Shown: positions 58,797-64,000 of the stretch, piece by piece
Position numbering within the stretch: position 1 is the stretch's first letter
Layout: each line of letters begins with the position of its first letter
Source of the DNA: Eledone cirrhosa
Lineage: Eukaryota
Direction: 5' to 3'
DNA length: 64,000 nt
Assembly (NCBI GenBank): GCA_964016885.1
Contig: OZ024750.1
Span: 44,392,001 to 44,456,000, forward strand
Notes under the pieces: model-generated
Database searches by the model: none
The model's input: only the letters and a program-made list of their open reading frames with translations
What the model was told of the DNA's origin: nothing
Program-made: the position numbers and the translations under genes

Positions 58797-58946
58797 AGGT
58801 GAGTTTTATTGTAGTACAATAAAGCAATGCAGATATCGGATAAGAAGCACTCTACAATTTGTAGGACTGGAGTATGCATAATATATAAGAACAAAAGATG
58901 GTTAAAAGAGTTCCATGTATTTTATCATGCGCATGTATTTTGTTCT

Positions 58947-59026
<80 letters not shown>

Positions 59027-59285
59027 ATGAATATATATATATATATACACTTACATATATATATATAGAGAGAGATATCTGTGGCGGGGGTGCTTCCATG
59101 GTTTTTGTATAGATACACTGCAAGCTTCAATGTCGCAAAAGGCAAGTGGATGTGTTCGTGTATAGAAGGGAATTCGACTGTAAAACATTGACAAAAAGAC
59201 CCATCCAACCCATGCAAGCATTGAAAATTCGCCATAAAAGCAATGATGATGTTGATGATGATGTTTTATATACATACATACATAC

Positions 59286-59320
<35 letters not shown>

Positions 59321-59951
59321 CATATACAAACATAACTATATGTATACACATACATACATATATATATAGGGCTGGTATAGATAAAAGATTAAAAAGTCTG
59401 TTCAGTTGCTGCCTTAAAATTAGAATTGTGACTGTGTGCGTTCATGTGTGTAATGAGTACACATCACACCAACGCACGACAGCATTTTATACTGTGTCAG
59501 TATTTACTGTGTCAGTATATACTGACACAGTAAATAATACATACAAACGACACAACATCTAACTTGATTTCACATCCCAAATGTTGGCATCTCCTCCATT
59601 TTACAACTCTGTCTGTCATTACGGTTCCTTGTTTAAACCTAAAACAATATTTCATGGATTTAGTGTGTCTGATATAGATTTGGAGATGTTTCACTTCAGA
59701 TAAATAAAATATTAGAAGAAATATGAAGGTGAATTAAAAGTGAAATGGAAAAGCAGCAAAAAAAAAAAAAAAAAATGATAATAAAATAAAACTGAATGAA
59801 ATGTGAAAGTCTTATCGCAATTTTAAGCTAGAAGTTTCTTTTTTTTTCTGAGATTCATATTCAACTGCATCGCCTTATGAGCATAATTATTGGTGAGCAG
59901 CAATTGACTGAAAATAATGTGTGTGAAGGTGCAGGAGTCGCAAAAGAAATA

Positions 59952-60306
59952 AGTAGTGCCCCGTTATTCGCGAGGCTTATTCCTAGAGTATCCGCGAATT
60001 GTGAAAAAAAGTGAATATTGGACGTTATCCATAACAATGCCTATAAACGGCAAAATATAACGTAACATATAATTAAAAAGTACTGTGCTTCTTATGCGAA
60101 GGGGCGTCCAATACGCCGGCAAATACGGTATATATTTATTAACAATTTAGTGTTAAAAAATATATATTGCCACGAAAAAGGCCATACTAAGTCGCAGAAG
60201 ATATTTACTATTCCACTAATATGCGGGGTTTCCAGAAACAACTACTAGTTAGGTTCCAAGGAAAATTCCGGGAACAACCGGGACCGCGAATGCCGGGGGT
60301 ACACTG
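59952..60306. mobile_element. Tigger/pogo-like (Tc1-mariner) MITE relic
   Basis: Imperfect TIRs AGTAGTGCCCCGTTATTCGCG ... CGCGAATGCCGGGGGTACACTG, with TA on both sides. Confidence 0.6.
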
Positions 60307-60399
60307 TAAATCGTAAATATGATTTTAGAAATCAATTTTCAATTTATCGGTTAAAAATATCCGATGGACGTTGATTTACAAAAAAAGAAAAAATAACAA

Positions 60400-60668
60400 C
60401 ATAATATAACCTTTATTTTCATTTACTTTAAATTATTTGTTTCTACTTTAGGCACAAGGCCAGCAATAACCCAGTTCATTACAGGTACTTTATTTTATCG
60501 ACCCCGTAAGGATGAAAGGCAAAGTCAACCTCGGCGGGATTGACTTTGCCTTTCATCCTTACGGGGTCGATAAAATAAAGTACCAGTAATGAACTGGGTT
60601 ATTGCTGGCCTTGTGCCTAAAGTAGAAACAAATAATTTAAAGTAAATGAAAATAAAGGTTATATTATA
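60400..60668. repeat. Near-perfect palindrome made of two head-to-head SINE 3' halves plus shared flank
   Basis: Arm ATAATATAACCTTTATTTTC...GGCAAAGTCAA, short spacer CCTCGGCGGGA, then the reverse complement. Confidence 0.92.
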
Positions 60669-61341
60669 TTGCCCGCCATTTTATATATCTAAAACGAAAC
60701 GACCATGTAAATTATTTTATGTTAAACGATAGGTTAGTATATGAAGGAGTCTAAGCTACTATTTTAATCAGGCCGAGCGATCACGTAGAAATAGAAGGCT
60801 CCCTCGTTGGCTCGCTTGTCTAGATAAGACCCCCCACGTTGTGGACGGTATGTTTAGGTCTTGAGATGGCTTGTTAGCTTTCAGTCAGAATCAGCTGTTC
60901 TGATTGGTCGAATGGTTTGAAATATGGCTACACAATGACAGTTCAATTGTGTTGTGTCCCATTGTATTTTAGATGTAAACCTCTGTGATTGTACACAGAT
61001 TACACATGGTTGGCTACTGTGGAAACTGATGTCTGATAGTACTGTTGTTAATATTACACACACTCGCACATGCACATACACACACACACAGACACACATA
61101 CACACACGCACACACACACACAGATGCGTGCGCACCACGTTCTGGTACATATGCACAGACATACAATTATAGACACACACACGCACACACACACACACAC
61201 TCACACACACACATATAAGTTTATATAGAAAAGGCTTCTACGGGACTAATACTGTTTCATTCGTATGAAAACATCAGGTATATATATATATGTATATATA
61301 TATATATTCTTTGCTTAAACTTTAATCTGTTATTTTAATAA

Positions 61342-61419
<78 letters not shown>

Positions 61420-61421
<2 letters not shown>

Positions 61422-61622
61422 CGAAGGAATTGTGGTAAGGAACCAGATGGACCATAACGCACCAGAGTACTCAATACTTAGGGTAGTAGAGTGGGTAATA
61501 GGAAAAAGTATGACCCCGACGGCAGAGCTCAAGCCGTTTCGACGGGTATTTCTGGACTATTTGAGTCCTGAAACAGCCGTCGAAACGGCTTGAGCTCTGC
61601 CGTCGGGGTCATACTTTTTACT
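61420..61622. mobile_element. Family B palindromic repeat, second full copy
   Basis: Aligns along its length with 26654-26846. Confidence 0.85.
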
Positions 61623-61653
61623 ATATATATATGTATATATATATATATATATA

Positions 61654-61838
61654 CGTTATTCCGGGTTGAATCGGAGGTAACCACAGTAAGTAAGGTAGTC
61701 AATACATTGCAGAGTATAAAAGTTTTAATATAGATGAGATTCTACAGGACTAGAACTGTTTCATTCTTTAGAAATCATCAGGAATCTGATGATTTCTAAA
61801 GAATGAAACAGTTCTAGTCCTGTAGAATCTCATCTATA

Positions 61839-61845
<7 letters not shown>
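61654..61845. mobile_element. Palindromic (TA)n-flanked repeat, family C
   Basis: TAATATAGATGAGATTCTACAGGACTAGAACTGTTTCATTCTTTAGAAATCATCAG-GAAT-reverse complement. Half copies at 51515-51635 and 61222-61280. Confidence 0.8.
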
Positions 61846-61924
<79 letters not shown>

Positions 61925-61976
61925 CGCATATATGTGTATGTATACACACACATACGCACATATATCATATCATATC

Positions 61977-62007
<31 letters not shown>

Positions 62008-62167
62008 GAACAGATTAACGTTTAAGAAAAGAATCGCTGCTTTCACCCTTAACGGGATCTTCTGAAACTCAGGAGACTTTCAGAAGATCCCGTTAAGGGT
62101 GAAAGCAGCGATTCTTTGCTTAAACTTTAATCTGTTATTTTAATAAATATATATATATATATATATA

Positions 62168-62552
62168 ATAATTGTTTCTACTATTAGCACAAGGCCAGCA
62201 ATTATCGCAGTGTATTTCTGGTACTGTAATTTATCGACCCCGTAAGGATGAAAGACAAAGTTAACCTCGGCGGGATTCGAACTCAGAATGGCAAGGGCCG
62301 TAACTCTGTGCGTCAAAGCATAGCGTCCAACCGTCTACCGATACTGCCAATCCGAAATAATAATTGTTTCTACTTTAGGCACAAGGCCAACAATTACCCA
62401 GTGCATTACTGGTACTTTATTTTATCGACCCCGTAAGGATGAAAGGCAAAGTCAACCTCGGCGGGATTTGAACTCAGATCGTAAAGGGACGTAACTATGC
62501 TGGAAAGCATGGCGTCTGACCCTCTACCGATACTGCCAATCCACCACCGCCC
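62168..62552 (-). mobile_element. Two tandem family-1 SINE copies
   Basis: Copies at 62168-62352 and 62360-62552. Confidence 0.9.
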
Positions 62553-62835
62553 AATCTGAAATAATAATAACATTTGATTCGTTTGCAATTATGCAAACAA
62601 GCCTCAATTTTATAGCCATGTCAGTAGAATGAACCCTTCATTCTTGCTCTTGTGTTGGCATTCGAACAGAACTGCAGACATTTATTGTATTTAGCCATGT
62701 AGAGCGAAAATTTTTCTTTATTTTTATATATATATATATATTTTTTTAATCGATCGACTTTCGTCAAATTCGACCGAGGGAACAATGTTTCCGTTTGTCT
62801 TTCCAATTGCTAATATTATCTCTCGGTCGCAACTC

Positions 62836-62955
62836 CAGGTAGAAGGAGCAACGTGAAATAAAGTGTCTTGCTCAAGGACATAAAGCATCGCCCGGTCCAG
62901 GAATCGAACTCACAACCTTACGATTGTGAATCCAACCACTCAGCCACACGCCTTT
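62836..62955 (-). mobile_element. Family-2 SINE 5' fragment
   Basis: GGAGCAACGTGAAATAAAGTGTCTTGCTCAAGGAC...GGAATCGAACTCACAACC. Confidence 0.8.
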
Positions 62956-63045
62956 ATATATATATATATATATATACTACTGTACAGTGACGCATAATAA
63001 TACTGCTGTTAATATTGGGCCTGCTGTAAAGAGAGAGAGAGATAG

Positions 63046-63090
<45 letters not shown>

Positions 63091-63750
63091 AGTCGAGAAA
63101 AAAAGGGTGAGAGAGAAACTGATGGCTGCTTCGATGATAGAACACATTATATGTCTTGTTATGTTCCGGATCTTTCCATTCTGTGTTCAAATCCCAACGA
63201 GGCCAGCTTCGCCTTTGATAACCTCGGGTCAATCAAAGCAATTAGGTAGACGAAGACTATTTGGAAGCTTGTTGGATTGACAGTACTGTGGCATGCTGAA
63301 TCTCCCTGAGATTTGCGTTAAAGGTACAATTAAATGTTGAGTTTATTGCTGTATGAACCACTTCTATTTAGCTATGACACTAAAACAACGTGATTCAAAA
63401 TAAAGGCGTCAATTGACATACGTAGGAAATGTTTAGTTCGTATAGCCACACGTATATTCTGGCTGTGAGTATTTAACCTTTTCATTTCACAGACTAATAT
63501 ACTCAAATCATTTTTAAAGTAAGAGGTTTTCGAGATTTACTAATACAACTAACTTTCTGTATATCAAGTTTGTGTTTTGAGGATAGCTTAATAAAATATC
63601 TTACATAAAATTTATTCGAAAGATTTTTTAATGAATTTAAACATTTAAAAATATATATCTTAGCATCGTAGACTATTATTTTTGTTGTTGTTTATGTTTT
63701 TCTTTAATGCGTCAATATTTCTAGTCAGTTATTCAATACTGTTTGTATTA

Positions 63751-63812
63751 AACATTTAGTTGATATCCTTTTAACATTTAGTTGATATCGTGTTAACATT
63801 TAGTTGATATCC
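63751..63812. repeat. 22-bp minisatellite, 3 copies
   Basis: AACATTTAGTTGATATC occurs three times at 22-bp spacing. Confidence 0.85.
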
Positions 63813-63866
63813 TTTTCTGTTGTTTGTTTGTGAAATCATTCTAGTCGTTGTTACAGGCTATATATA

Positions 63867-63990
63867 AGGCGGCGAATAGGCAGAGTCGTTAGAACGGCTG
63901 ATAGAATGCTTTATGGTATTCGTTTTGGCTTTCTGCTCTCTTCGTTCAACTTTGCTTTTCATGCTTCCGAGGTCGATAAAAAAAATACAA
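63867..63990 (+). mobile_element. Decayed family-1-like SINE
   Basis: AGGCGGCGAATAGGCAGAGTCGTTAG...AACTTTGCTTTTCATGCTTCCGAGGTCGATAAAA. Confidence 0.7.
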
Positions 63991-64000
63991 GTCTAGTACT

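Overview
Eukaryotic, AT-rich, repeat-dense genomic DNA. The SINEs and microsatellite load resemble an octopus/coleoid genome (inference). About half the window is two satellites: a 95-bp array (1-~25,850, running off the left edge) and a 69-bp array (~34,140-40,800), both with higher-order repeats. The rest holds a decayed R4/Dong-type LINE, about 20 tRNA-derived SINE copies, two MITEs, several palindromic elements between (TA)n tracts, and long microsatellites. No ORF in the supplied track is a credible host gene. Reading the short unique islands on the minus strand by hand gives a chain of tiny AG/GT-bounded exons (22-71 nt) that join in one stop-free frame: ...[112 protein letters not shown]. 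The 95-bp satellite starts at the donor of the last of these exons. Each monomer reads as a 77-nt intron plus an in-frame 18-nt microexon (LSSSTN), so the satellite may be an array of roughly 270 amplified microexon cassettes. The gene model is a manual prediction without transcript evidence.
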